A DNA stretch of 57,871 nucleotides. Source: Chiloscyllium plagiosum (lineage: Eukaryota). Shown piece by piece: positions 12,960-25,564 of the stretch (position 1 is its first letter; each line of letters begins with the position of its first letter). A program made the position numbers and the translations under genes. The notes under the pieces were generated by a model that ran no database searches, was not told the DNA's origin, and was given only the letters and a program-made list of their open reading frames with translations. The DNA lies in contig NC_057756.1 of assembly GCF_004010195.1 (NCBI RefSeq), positions 165,660 through 223,530 of the forward strand, read 5' to 3'.

Positions 12960-13200
12960 TGTTCAATGGAGGGAGAAGAGTTTGAATGAGGGATGTGTGG
13001 GGTCATCCACCATGCTGTTGGCCTTACAGATGCAGCGTGTGGTATAAATGTCTATAAAGGAGGAAAGAGAGACCCTGATGATCTTCTCAGCTGTCCTCAC
13101 TATCCATTGCAGGGTGTTTATAATCTGAGACGATGGAATTCCCAAACCAGGCATTGATGTAGCAGCTCAGGGTACTCTCAATAACCCCTCAAAAAGTGGT
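12960..13200 (-). mobile_element. Rex/Babar-like LINE fragment
   Basis: LQWIVRTAEKII...IYTTRCICKANSMVDDPTHPSFKLFSL. Confidence 0.65.
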
Positions 13201-13419
13201 GAGCCTGGAGGTACATCAAGTCATAATGATGTACGCATGAGTTTATTTATCTGAAAAATACTGCCCCACACTCCACTAATCACAATTTTATTTCATTGTA
13301 CCTAGGTACATGTGACAGTAATAAATCAAGTCACATAATCCCTGATGTACCAGTTATCAGATTCTAACTGAACACTGAACATTGTGAGAATTAAATGAGT
13401 TCAGCAGCTGAGAGCATAC

Positions 13420-13661
13420 AAAAATACAACTCGGTGAAAGGCATTCTTTGGTATGCCTGACATTTGTTGATCTTCCAGAACAAGGAGTTGATGCTGACTG
13501 AGTGTTGAAATCTGGCACATTCCAAGGTCCAGGACTCGTGCTGGGGGATGCACTAAAGAGTGGGGCAGCTCCTACCAAGGGACAGTGGGGAAAGATCACT
13601 GTCTGAGGTCTTCCCGTTGAAGATAATTGGGGGCCCATTCAGTTATTGAGCCTCCTATTAC
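13420..13661 (-). other. Candidate exon of unknown gene
   Basis: catttcag| acceptor, ATG at 13638, 73 codons (MGPQLSSTGRPQ...SPSCIF) to a |gtatgc donor; non-repetitive sequence. Confidence 0.25.
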
Positions 13662-14749
13662 CTGAAATGCATGTTAAGTGCAGTCTTGCATGTGTAAGAG
13701 ATGCCGATGACTTTGGTTTGTTTCCTTGATACGCTACTGTACAAAATTGAACTGCATTTGTGACAATGTATAAACGCAGAGATTTTTACAAATAAAGTAG
13801 TATTGACAATAAACCCGACTGGATTCAACATATAAATACAACGGCTAAAAGAGCAGTCAAAAGGCTGAGAATACCACAGTGAGTATTCCTGACTCCCTTC
13901 CTGAGTCACTTCCTGACTCCCCAAAGCCTATCCATCCTTCCTTATCGGTACAATCCGCACCAGCTTAGCTGCGACTACTATTAACATGTCTACAGCCTCC
14001 TTCTTCATTCCTCAGCCAGCCCATGCAAGACTCCAGACCTTCTCCAGTCTTACATTTCTGAAACTACTACCTGCCCAGTTTCTGCTCGGTGCCCATGAGA
14101 CAGAGCCCATAATCAACCTGCTCAGCGATGTTAGAACACATGCCTGGAGAAGATGAGATTTGACCCCATTCATCTAGTCTGAGGGCAACAACACAGCCAT
14201 GAGACTACAAGTCTGCAGAAGTGCATGGATGTGTTCGCAAGACAGAGAGAGAAAGCTCATTAATAAAACCACAGAAACACAAGGTTATTTCTCAAATAGA
14301 CACAAGCGTTTTGTGTAAATGAGCACAAATCAGGACAGAGGCAGCAGATCAAGGTCAGTCTCGGAGGCAAGTCTGAGGCCAGGCCCGCACAGGGGGAGAG
14401 ATGTCCAGGCAAATCCCAGAGGTGAGTGGGGTGGAGTGGAGTCTAGCACGGAGGTGGACTGCAAGCGAGGCCTCCAGGATTGATGCCCAGCATCTCCTGT
14501 ACACAAAGCCTGGTAGTCTGAAAGCTGGCATGGACTTGGTTAAAAGACTAAAGTGTGAGTACTTCTTAAAGACAGCTCCTTTATCCTTTATTCTCACATT
14601 GAACTTTTATTTATGATTTGCTCAATTCTGTAACACATACGTAAGTATTCTGTACCACGGTACCCTGTTCCTAAGATGTTGCCAAGAAGCAATATTATAA
14701 ACATTTCACTGCAATCATTTGAGTGCACGTGACAATGAAGGCTAAGTCA

Positions 14750-15030
14750 TTCAATGAACACACTGCATAAATGAACACAAGAATTTTGCACAAATGAACA
14801 CAGGTTTATTACACAAATGAGCACAAAATTCTTGCACAACTGTGCACAACATTTTTTGCACAAATTTAATGAAACTGAAACTGATAAATCTTAATGAGTT
14901 TGAGATTTAAACAAATGAACACACTGTGTTTATAATTTAACACAAGACTGTTACAAATGGACCATGAATTTGTTTTAAAAAATTGAACAGAAGGGTATGA
15001 TTAAATTGAACATTAGATCATTAAACAAAT
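14750..15030. repeat. Degenerate AT-rich tandem repeat
   Basis: Recurring caaatgaacaca motif at roughly 20-25-bp spacing. Confidence 0.6.
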
Positions 15031-15089
15031 GTACTTCATTCTGAGGAATATGTCAGGGATGTTCCACTTTCTCATTGACATTTCATCTG

Positions 15090-15242
15090 TCAATCCTGCC
15101 AAGTAGCAACAGAAAAGGCCTGCGGGGTCAGTGGTATGGGGAGTAGGTTTCGGGTGATCATGGTATCGATGCTGCTGCTGTTATCTGCTTCAACGATGCT
15201 CGTATTAATATACCCATCCTTGCAGCTGATGGTCGAATTCAT
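15090..15242 (-). pseudogene. Degenerate LU-domain N-half exon (candidate)
   Basis: TISCKDGYINTSIVEADNSSSIDT aligns with RCKLGQYLEIVQADNNGHSQT at about 39950-40015. Confidence 0.4.
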
Positions 15243-15549
15243 CTCAAGCAACATTGATGGCATTTCTCAAGGGCCTTAAAGCAGTGTCTATACACAGTGC
15301 AAGTTTTGGACCATATCGGAAAGTCGGGTGGATGACTGCCTTATACCTAAGGAACAAGCAAGCTTCTCCACAGCAGCAAGATAGCCTTTCACATAAAGGA
15401 TTTAGAGCACTGGTTACAGGATTGGACACTTCAGTTAAAGGAAAGCTGAAAATGCATTGGAGCCAGTTCAAAGAAGGTTTACCAGACTCATATCTGGAGT
15501 GCGCAGGGGAAATAGTAGGGAGAGCGAGAAATATTTTACATGGTACATT

Positions 15550-17168
15550 GTAGAGATCAAAAATGCACTGACCAAAAAAAAGTCAGTCTTCACTTTCAAA
15601 AGAAAGCTGGATAATTAATTGAAGGAGAAAAATTTACACAGCTGTTGGGAAAGGATTGGGGATTGGGGGAGAGAGAAATCGGAAAGCTATTTCCTGGAGT
15701 CAGCATGGCTATAGTGACACAAAAGCTGCACTATTTAATGGATAGACACCCAAATGCTCAGGATTGCCACGAGATTTGGGAGCTCTCGTTTATGTATCAA
15801 AAGAAGCCAGCATCCAAGTTCACCGACTTATAGGGAAAGTAAATGGACTGCTGGTCTTTATTTCAAAGGCAATCGAGTATGAAATTATACGAGACACTAA
15901 TCAGACCACAAATGGAATATTTGGGGCCTCTTACCGAAGGGAAGATCGATTGGCATTGGAGGCAGACCAGAGAAGGTTCACTCAGCTGATCTCAGCTATG
16001 GAAGGGCTGTCTTATGAGGAGAGGTTGAGTTGATTGGACCTGGATTTGCTAAAACATAAAGGTAGAGATGAAACATTATTGAAATATACAAGATTCATAG
16101 AGGATTTTCCAGGGTAGATGTGGAGAGATTGTTTGCCTTTGTGGATGAGACTAGGACCAGAGGACATCATCTCAGAAAAAGGGCTTGCCCATTTAAGACA
16201 GAGTCATAGAGTCATGGGGATGTGCAGCACGGAAACAGACCCTTCAGTCCAACTTGTCCATGCCAGCCAAATATTCTAACCCAATCTAGTCCCACCTTCC
16301 AGCACCTGGCCCATATCCTTCCAAACCCTTTCTATTCATATTCCCATCCAGATGCCTTTTAAATGCTGTATTTGTACCAGCCTCCACTACTTCCTCTGGC
16401 AGCTCTTTCCATACATGTACCACCCTCTGTGTGAAAAAATTGCCCCGAAGATCTCTTCTCTATCTTTCCCCTCTCATCCTAAACCTATGCCCTCTAGTTC
16501 TGGACTCCCCCACCCCAGGGAAAAGACTTTGTCTATTTATCCTATCCATGCCACTCATGATTTTATAAACCTCTATAAGGATACTAGTGAGAGAGGGTCA
16601 TGTCTTTTTGTGGCTAAACCTTTCCAATTCATTTACCCATCCAGATGCCTTTTAAATGTTGTAATTGTACCGCTCTCCACCACTAATTCTGATAGTCTGT
16701 TCCACATAGGCACCACACTTGGATTGAAAGATTTCCCCCTCATCTTTTTCAAATCTTTCCCCTCTCACCTTAAACCTATGCCCTCTACTTTTGGACTCTC
16801 CTACCGTCGGAAAAAGACCTTGGCTATTCACCCTCTCAAAGCCCCTCACGCTTTTATCAAACCTCTACAAGATCACCCTTCCACCTCTGATGCTCCGGGG
16901 AAAAAAAGGTCCCAGCCTATTCAGCGTCTCCCTATAACTCCCATTAGATCTCCCCTGATTCTTCTAAAGTCCAGTGTATGTAACCTAAGTGGTCTAATTC
17001 CACTTCATTCATCAGTTCTGCCATTTCGAGATATCAGGCTGGTAAATCTTTGTTGCACTTCGTCCATTGCCTGAATATTCTTTCTTGGATAGGGAGACCA
17101 GATTGCACACAATATTCCAGGTATGGTCTCACCAAGGCTCTGCACAATTGCCGCAAGACATCACTGCT
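15550..17168. mobile_element. CR1 LINE fragments (15550-16200 +; 16200-17168 -)
   Basis: LALEADQRRFTQLISAMEGLSYEERL; GESKSRGHRFKVRGERF; the last fragment resumes at 17766 after the solo LTR. Confidence 0.85.
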
Positions 17169-17765
17169 TGTGAGAAACAGAGCTCACAATATAATAAATT
17201 TCAGTCCGAGTCAAATTCTGAAGCAGCGAATTTTATTGAAACGTTCCTGCAAGAAGGGGTGTCTAGGAAGTAGGCACCCTGATCCAGAAATTACTCCACA
17301 ATTTATAAAGTTTAATTGTCGGTACTTCCCCGTTTACCTCATTGGCCTTCAAACCTATCAATATTCCTTATTGTGTTATGCCCCTGCCTAGCTGCACTCC
17401 GCCCTTGTTTACTTCTCCCCCTACTCCAAGCCAGGCGAACCTCACCCCTATCCCTTATTTGTAAGTGACTTGGCTCGCTTCAGTGCTGACATGAGGGAAA
17501 TGTACTGAGCTTGGCATATCTTGATGTTCTTTTTCACCTTATCTGTTTGTCTGTTACATCTTCCATTGTTTGCAGGCACATTTCATTCCTGTATGCACAT
17601 TTTTATTAATGAGAAGTAACTATGTATTTCTTCCACATAGTTTTCATTCTGTGTTAGTTTATTTTATTTAATAAGCAATTCTTAATTTGGCTGAAACAGT
17701 TATATACTGATGTTAATAAGGGATTATGGTTTGCAGAAGTAAGACTGTGTTATCTATATCCCACA
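17169..17765 (-). mobile_element. Solo LTR related to the provirus LTRs
   Basis: TG...CA termini; 5-bp TSD CTGCT (17164-17168 and 17766-17770); R/U5 nearly identical to the reverse complement of 53170-53278; U3 diverged. Confidence 0.9.
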
Positions 17766-18349
17766 CTGCTCCTGTACTCAAATCCTCTCACTCTGAAGAC
17801 CGATATACCATTTGTGTAAATGTAACAGATTTATCCTTCACTATTCCCTGAAATCAGTCCGGGAACCTTCACATACTCTGACAGGAGCCAGCTTTGTGAA
17901 GAATCCAAATCTCTTGAACAATGTCACTTGATAAAATCCAGTTTGTGTTTATTTTATTTCTGTTTCTCATTCTATCTCTTGTGTTGTAAGCTGGAGCCGG
18001 CTTTGCACACTTTTCACTGTGTTCATGTATTCGAATCCAAATTCAAATCCAAATTCAACCCGAAACAAACAAACAAACAAACAAACAGGAAGGATGGAGC
18101 TGACAACTTTTGTAGCAGTGACATACAGGAATGAATGCAGTGTCTTCATCAATTAACATTGGACAGAATGGTTTTGATTCAGGGACATGACTGAAAGAAG
18201 TCAAGGATAACTGTCACACTCCGCCAAACATCTTCATCAGCCCAACAAACCATTGGAGAAACTTGGCAGGTCAGGCAGTGTCTCTCTGGTACAGAGAGAA
18301 ACAAAATTAATGTTTCGAATCTGGTATCTTCAGAACGCTACCCTGATTT

Positions 18350-19210
18350 GGAAATATATCGCTGTTTCCTCTCTCTCTATTGGCCAGATCCGCCTTCAGT
18401 CACCGTTCCCCTCTCCCCATTGGTCTGTAGCTGTACGTGCAGCGGGCGGGACCTTCAATGTGCGGTGACCGTTACAAACCGCCATTGGCGCTTCGAGCAT
18501 CTGGGGGCGATGGGAAACAGAGGGATGCTTCAAACGGGGAAGGACTCGTAGTTATTCAGTGAAACGCCAAACTGTAAGTGAACCTGTAATGGTTTATTTA
18601 TTAATTACAGAGCACCGTGATACATTTTCATTCTGAATGTGACACAATTCCGAGTGACAGGAGCCGTCCCGGTGGAATGAAAACACACAACAGGAGGTGA
18701 GGAAAAGCCCGGGGCGGCATCAAATCGCGGGTTTTGTTTGTTTTAATGTTGTTTATTTACTTTGGTCGGGCCGGCGGCTGAATCTTGCAGAAAGCGGGGA
18801 CGTGACAACTCGGTGCCCCCTGAGGGATGTGTCAGTGTCTGGTCCCCATTCACAACCACGTCACCATGACAACAGCCGCCAGGATGGAGAGAGAAATCCC
18901 GGAGCCTGGGAACAAAGGGAAGGTCATCAGGTCAGCACGTGATCCGGGGGCGGGGTGGCGGGCACTGCCTCGATGGGCTGAACGGCCTGAGTCCCGCTTC
19001 CTTCCTACCTCCACTGGGCCCAGTGGGAGGTTTTAGTTTTAAAGGAGAACATCGACCGTAAACAGTGAGTTTGGCGCAGAGTGCGGTACAGGGATGATGT
19101 GCATTTAGGTAGCGCCTCTCTCACCAATGGGGCGTCAAGACAGGCTGAGGAAGATTTCAGGCCCTGCTTTCCTGGAAGTTCCATCAAATGGATTGGATCC
19201 AATATTGGAG
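18350..19210. promoter_or_regulatory. CpG-island promoter region
   Basis: CpG-rich against a depleted background; ATTGG/CCAAT at 18379, 18419, 18484 and about 19124; GC boxes near 18444 and 18947; TTTGGCGC near 19070; donors act|gtaagt (18574, +) and gag|gtagga (about 19008, -). Confidence 0.7.
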
Positions 19211-19739
19211 GTATAATGGTGTTGGAGAGGGAGTCAGGAAGATTAGGGATAGGAATTGGAGGATATTTATAGGGATAGTGAGGGGTGTTGGAGATGGGTT
19301 AAGTTACAGATAAGCTGGGGGCCCACAGACTGGAAGGGGTCCAGAGGGGTTTTTGAAGATTTGTTAGTTGAGAAGACACAGCTATGCACAAAAGCATATA
19401 AACAAGGTTTTTTTGCAAAAAAATAAGTGATGGTCAGATTGAAATGAAAACCAGAAGTACTTGAAGACAGAACCCCAGTGACAATAAGCTGATCAGTGGA
19501 AATGAGAGTAATAGGCAGATTAGAGGAATATAGAGTCATGCAAGCAGAGGTGGCTCCCAGGGAGAAATAGTGTCAGAAAGAGAAGACTGGAGGGAAGATT
19601 TTTCAGTTCACTGGGGGAACAGGGCACAGATGTTTGGGAGGAGATGCAGGGTGGGTTTGCAGAGTGGGAGATGGCAGCTGACTAGATAAGGCTCAATCTT
19701 AATCATAGTGTGGGATTGTTACATTTCTTGTTGTTGCAG

Positions 19740-19804
19740 TCTGAGGAGATGGGAACAGGTTCACAATGTAGTGAAAAAAGCCCCAGGAGCTCTTACATTC
19801 CAGG
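19740..19804 (+). other. Candidate plus-strand exon
   Basis: tttcttgttgttgcag| ... ccagg|gtaagt: strong acceptor and donor, 65 nt; product unknown. Confidence 0.5.
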
Positions 19805-19919
19805 GTAAGTCTGGTTATAAGCATGCCATGAGAATGCTTCATGTCATCCAGTCAGACCTAACAGATGGAGCACTTGCAATGTCCCAGCTTGATGTGGAGG
19901 GACAGAGCTGTTTGGGCTG

Positions 19920-20980
19920 GTACAGTGTGAAGGCAAGGGGCTAAGTGTGTGAATGGGCAGTGTTGGTAGTATGGTTGGGAGTTTTGGGTGAGAAGGTAAG
20001 TGTGGGAATGTGGGTGGGATACAGGATGGATGTGGGAATGCTGCAGGAATGTGGGTGGGATAGCAAGTGAGTGCAGTCATGTGGGTGAAGGAAGAGCTGG
20101 GGTAGCAGTGCACACAATTGGGACATAAGGAGTGAGATTGGAGCTATTGGGACTCTGACTGTATTTGAGTGTTTGTATTATTTAAGTATGTGTTTATATG
20201 TGCTTGAATCTATGTACGTCTGTATGGATATGCCTATGTTTATGCACATTGGTATACTTGTGTATGTTCTTGTATTTTTGTTTGTTTCTGTGAATGCATG
20301 TGTCTCAGTATGTATGTATCTGTATCAGTGTGTTTGTGTGACTGTGTTTGTCTGTTTGCCTATGTGCATATGTGTGTGTATCCTGTATGTTTGGGATTGT
20401 GGTGTGATTGTATGAGTCTCTGTGTCAATGCATTCATGTGTGTATGTGTTCATATGCCTGTGTGCCTTTGGGCATATTCCTGAGTTTGTAGCATTGGTGC
20501 CAATGTCTACAAGAGGCTGAGTGTCTGTGTGTACACATGTCTGTATGATTTGTTTGACCGTGTGAATATGCAGATTTAAGAATGAATACACCTTTGTGCA
20601 TGTGTATTGTCAAGATGTCTGTGCATGAGTTTTTGTCTGTGTGCCTCTGTATGTTTGTCTGTCTCTGCATATTTGTTGTTTTGTGTGTATGTGCATATTT
20701 TAGTGTGTCTGTATGTTTGTTTGCTTATGCATTTTTATATGATGTACAGATAACTGTTTTTGAATGGACACGTGTGCATCTGTGTCTGTAAGGGCACCAG
20801 TGAATGTGTCTGTGAATGTGAGGTTGTGTGCCTGTGTGATTATTTGCCTGTAATTTCATCTGGTGTGTGCATATGTATTTATGTCTGTGAATGTGCATGT
20901 CGCAATTGTGTGGTTGTAGCCTCATGAGGGTATAGCAGTCTGAATGAACGTATCTGAGTCTCATGCGCTCGCTCTCTCTA
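19920..20980. repeat. Degenerate GT/TG-rich low-complexity tract
   Basis: Decayed (TG)n/(TA)n sequence that generates Cys/Val-rich spurious ORFs. Confidence 0.85.
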
Positions 20981-21039
20981 TGGAATTGAGAGTATCATAT
21001 GCATCAGTGCTATTGTCAGTCACATTACACCAACAATGA

Positions 21040-21405
21040 ATCGTACAATCTCTGTGGTGTGGAAGCAGGCCATTCAACTTGGAATCTACACTGACCTTCT
21101 GAACTGCATCACATCCAGATCCACCATTTTCCCCCCCACCACCCCCACCCTGGAAACTCTACAATAGAGTAATTAGTAGAGGAATGTGTCTGGGTGGGTT
21201 ACTCATCGGAGGATCAGTGTGGACTTGTAGGGCCAAATGGCCTGATTCTGTGAATACCCATGGCCAATTCACCTAACCTGCACATCCTTGGACTGTGGGA
21301 AGAAACCAGACACCCAGAGGAAACCCATGCAGACAAAGAGCATGCAAACACAGTCTGCCAAGACTACGCTATAAGGTAGCAATGCTAACCACTGAGCCAC
21401 CATGC
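21040..21405 (-). mobile_element. Rearranged HE1-like SINE
   Basis: Minus-strand SINE with an inverted plus-strand segment at about 21180-21250. Confidence 0.75.
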
Positions 21406-21479
21406 ATGCCGTAGAAGGTTCATATGAAGTGACTTATTACTGTGAATCCAGACTTGCAATATGCGCCTGTCATTATTAC

Positions 21480-21605
21480 CTGGAAAGAGTGTGGCTTTAT
21501 TGCACAAGTTGGTCTCGCAGCAGTTAGGTGTAGATACGTTTGTCCCCAGAAGTGGTGGATCGCTGACTCGGCAAATGTTCCTGGATGTACAACCTCTGTC
21601 GATCC
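21480..21605 (-). CDS. Ly6/uPAR (LU) domain C-half exon
   Basis: ccctgcag|GG...CCAG|gtaata, 126 nt, phase 1-1; IDRGCTSRNICRVSDPPLLGTNVSTPNCCETNLCNKATLFP carries the CCxxxxCN LU signature. Confidence 0.85.
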
Positions 21606-21864
21606 CTGCAGGGTACACAGGCACAGGCATTTATAAAGTCTTGATGTCTTCATTAACAAGAAGAACTGTTAGGTCATTCAGACTGAATGATGGAAACTGG
21701 GGTTTTACATCCTTCAAATGAACTCCAAACACTTGGCGCAGGAGTTCAGGCTCGGCAAACAAATCTAAGAGTACACACTCCTGGTTGTCCATAAGATCTA
21801 GCAGAAGAAATTTGGAGGCATTTTTGTAAAATGCATTAAAAAGAGAGGCAAGATCCTGAGACAG

Positions 21865-21998
21865 AGTCAAGAAGTGTAGTGCAGGAAAAACACAGCAGGT
21901 CAGGCAGCATCCAAGGAGCAGGAGAGGACTTTTCCAGAACCACTTTTTTTTTTTGACTCCCTGCTCCCCAGCATCTTCAGTCCTCACTTTCTCCTACG
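21865..21998. mobile_element. Short PLE-derived insertion with 14-bp TSD
   Basis: TSD AGATCCTGAGACAG at 21851-21864 and 21999-22012; internal inversion. Confidence 0.65.
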
Positions 21999-22364
21999 AG
22001 ATCCTGAGACAGGCAGTCAGCAGCGCCTCAAGGAGGGCACAGTGAGGATGACCCTAAAATGTTTGAGAGCATCTAAGTTAATTTTCAAAGAAAAGAGAAC
22101 TTTTTATTAGTTAAAGACAATTAACAGACACAACTGAATGGAATTTTAAGCTAGGACAAATGAAGATAAAGGTAATGCAATTATTCCAACGCAGAATTTA
22201 TGTAAACTGAGTTAACGAGTGGAAGGATAGCTCTGCATGGATTAATTGCATGTGGGAGTCCTCTAGTTTGTTTGAAGTCTTGGATTTTCTCAGCAACCTG
22301 AACACATACAGGAACAGGAAATGTCGCCAGTTACAAAAATGTTGTGCCAGGTTTTTGACACTAA

Positions 22365-22630
22365 ACAGTCTATCTTCTTTTCCACCTATCCACTCCACCC
22401 CCCACCCCCCACTCACCTATTGTACTCTTTGCTACTTGCTCCCCACCCCCACCCACCTCGCTCTTATCTCTCCATCCTTCAGGCTCTCTGCCTGTATTCC
22501 TGATGAAGGGCTTTTGCCTGAACGTCGATTTTACTGCTCCTTGGATGCTGCACCACTAATCCAGAATCCAGTCTACACAAGAGTCAGTGGACTCAACGTT
22601 AAGTCAATGTGTCTCCACAGATGAGTTGAG
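22365..22630 (+). mobile_element. PLE terminal fragment with hammerhead motif
   Basis: cCTGATGAagggcttttgcctGAAcgtcg at about 22499; homologous to 57618-57871 (minus). Confidence 0.7.
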
Positions 22631-22669
22631 TTTGTCCCTGATTGGGGATTTACAGATCCTCACAGAAAT

Positions 22670-23950
22670 ATTTGTTTGTGCTGTTGGAGAGGTTTTTAAA
22701 CTAGATTGCCAAAGATATGGTAACTAAAGGGTGGATTCTGAGAATAAATCAAGAACTGGGATAAAGAGACAAAAAATGAGCATGCAACTGAAAGATAGTA
22801 AACCAAAGTTTTAAAGTGTTCAGCACCGCAATTTGACAATGTAAAGTATCTTTGTGGGTACACGGAATATAGCAAATAAATCTATGCAGTTGAGGGCACA
22901 GACAGAAACATTAAGCCAAGTTTCCATTCTCGTAATGTTATAATCAGGACAAAACTGGTATCCAAACATCCTGAGAGATCTCTGGAAGGATAGAGAAGGG
23001 GATTTAAAAAGGAAGGTGGATCATTTATTGAATGATTACACATTAGTAGGTGCAGTATTCTTAATGAATCGTCAGGTGAGGCCGTGTGGTTTCAGCAGAA
23101 ATTTTTTTTTAAAAAAGGCGACTGCTACCATGCTCAGTCTTGTGTAGACCCTTAAATAGAAAGAGGAACAAAGAAGAATAAAAGAGAAACATATAAGAAC
23201 AAATATAAGCCAGTACCTGAGTGCCAAAAAGGGCAACAACAGCTGGGGATATCAACTAACAGAACATCAACCTGAGCACAAACAGTGTGACAGGCACAGA
23301 GCGAACACCACCTCGAGCTGCATTCAAAGGTTTTCTTTTAATCTAGCACATAGAAAGCTCAGTGAGAGAGGAGATAATTGAAGATTTAAAGCTTAGGAAA
23401 TGAATTGGGATGAAATAGCGGATGACAATTTTGGAGATGGTGCTGAAGCTACCTATGCTATATGGAAAAAAAGGATAGAAACGGAGTAAAAGTTCTCTGT
23501 TGGGGAAACCACAAAGTTTGTGAAGCTGAGAGGTGATCTAGTGAAGGGTGGATGGATACAGCTACTTGAAGGCAAGTCAGGAAAACATCAGTGGGAAGCA
23601 TCAAAAGCAAGAATATAGAGGCTCAGTGTAGACACATTTTCTCAAAGGAAAAGAGTGGTGCTCCAAAACCTAAGTCCCTTGTTGTTCAGAAGCACAAAAG
23701 GTAAGATAAAGCAGAAAAAGAAAGTCGCAAAAGAAGTACAGTTTAAAAATCGAGTTAGGAAAACAGAAAAGATGAGATCAGCCTGAAAAATTAAGGAAAA
23801 TTCCCAAGATCTTTTATCAGTACATTAAGAGCAAGTGGATGACTAAGGAAAGGGTTGGGCTTGTCCAAAATATACTCAGCTTGGGAGTGAAGGCAAAAAC
23901 ACTCAACTCATTGGGGGGAAAAAAAACTTGATGTTCATGTGACTTGCAAG
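22670..23950 (+). mobile_element. Old CR1 ORF2 5' (endonuclease/tether) remnant
   Basis: Degenerate CR1-like segments such as aaaattcccaagatcttttatcagtacattaagagcaag. Confidence 0.5.
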
Positions 23951-24412
23951 GCTAAGGGTGAGGTATTAGATGTTCTTATGTGGATTGGCGCAGATATGAT
24001 AGTAACAGGTCATTCATTCTACGTCCATAGTGTTGTGGGATAATGTGTGGGAATTAGAATTACAAATACAATTACAAATAAGTAAAGTGTGAATAAGAGT
24101 TGGCATGAGAATGGAAGATAATGCAAAGCTCCTTGGATGCTGCCTGAACTGCTGTGCTCTTCCAGCACCACTAATCCAGAATCTGGTTTCCAGCATCTGC
24201 AGTCATTGTTTTTACCCCAATGCAAAGAATAGGTATAGGCAGTGGAGGTGGGGGATAAGGAGGGAGAATGATTAGAATAAATGGAAATAGAGGTGACCAA
24301 GTGAGAATGGGACAAATGTTTGAGAATGGAGATGATTTGACTATGGGATTGAAGTAGTTGGAAATAAAGGAATGAGTGAAAAAGGGGCATAAGGACTGAG
24401 AATGGGGAGAAT

Positions 24413-24808
24413 TTTGGATGTAGGTTTGCTCGCTAAACTGGAAGGGCCATTTTCCAGGCGTTTTTGTTACCCTACTAGGTAACATCTTCAGTGGGCCTCA
24501 GGCGAAGCAATGCTGAAAGTTCCTGCTTTCTATTTATGTTTGGGTTTCTTTGGGTTGGTGATGTCATTTCCTGTGATGAAGTCACTTCCTGTTTCTTTTC
24601 TCAGGGGAGGTAGATGGGGTCTAACTCTGTGTCTGTTGATAGAGTTCCGGTTGGAATGCCGTGCTTCTAAGAATTCTCATGCATGTCTTTGTTCGGCTGG
24701 TACTGGACAACACATCCATCCTAGGACCAACCCAAGAAACCCAAACACATAAAATCCAAACTGCATCCAAAAATTCATCCTGAGCTACAAATCTTCTCAA
24801 AACTCGCT
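24413..24808 (-). mobile_element. PLE 3' fragment with inversion and 12-bp TSD
   Basis: Homologous to 440-730; TSD AATGGGGAGAAT (24401-24412 and 24809-24820); mutated hammerhead at about 24455-24495. Confidence 0.75.
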
Positions 24809-25231
24809 AATGGGGAGAATGTTTTCAATCTGCACTCAATGAGAGAGATTGGGAAGTTTTTGAAAGGATGGTCCTGCAGGCAGTGGTTATGAGATAAGAT
24901 TTTTGTGCAGCTAGTGTAGAAGAATGGGGATTGCAATCATGAGAAGGGTGATTGGACAGCAACACTAGATCTGTTTGCTCTCTTATTATATGTTGTCATG
25001 GGACATCATTGGAGTTGATGTAAACATGGCTTCATAGGCTCCACTGTGGGCTGGGGAACCAAACAAAGAATCTTGCTGCTGGCCTTGTTTCAAGACTCCG
25101 TATTGTAACATTTAATTCCTGACTCTTCTGTTTTCTTTATCGTTTGAGCATGTTACCATGTGAGGGAGGAAGACAGGATAGATTGTTGAACAGGAGGGGA
25201 GTCAAGGGTTATGGGGAAATACAGGGAAATT

Positions 25232-25532
25232 TTAGATTAGATTCCCTACAGTGTGGAAACAGGCCCTTCTGCCCAACAAGTCCACACCAACCCTCTGAAC
25301 AGTAATCCAACTCCCTCTGACTAATGCACCTAGCACTATGGACAATTTGGCATTACCAGTTCACCTGACCTGCACATCTTTGTGATTGTGGGAGGAAACC
25401 AGGGCACCCGGAGGAAACCCACGCAGACACAGGGAGAATGTGCAAACTCCACACAGACAGTTGCCTGAGGCAGGAATTGAACCTGGGACCCTAGTGCTGT
25501 GAGGCAGCAGCGCTAACCACTGAGTCACCGTG
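25232..25532 (-). mobile_element. HE1-like SINE, near full length
   Basis: tRNA head, core and (TAGAT)n tail on the reverse strand. Confidence 0.9.
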
Positions 25533-25564
25533 CTGAAGAATGTTGGATCAGACATGATTCTAAT

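Noticed and set aside
15136..15279. Plus-strand ORF with signal-peptide-like hydrophobic stretch (MGSRFRVIMVSMLLLLSAS)
   Set aside because: Short, no supporting exon structure, and better explained as antisense to the candidate LU exon.
20173..20964. Cys/Val/His-rich ORFs
   Set aside because: Translations of degenerate (TG)n sequence.
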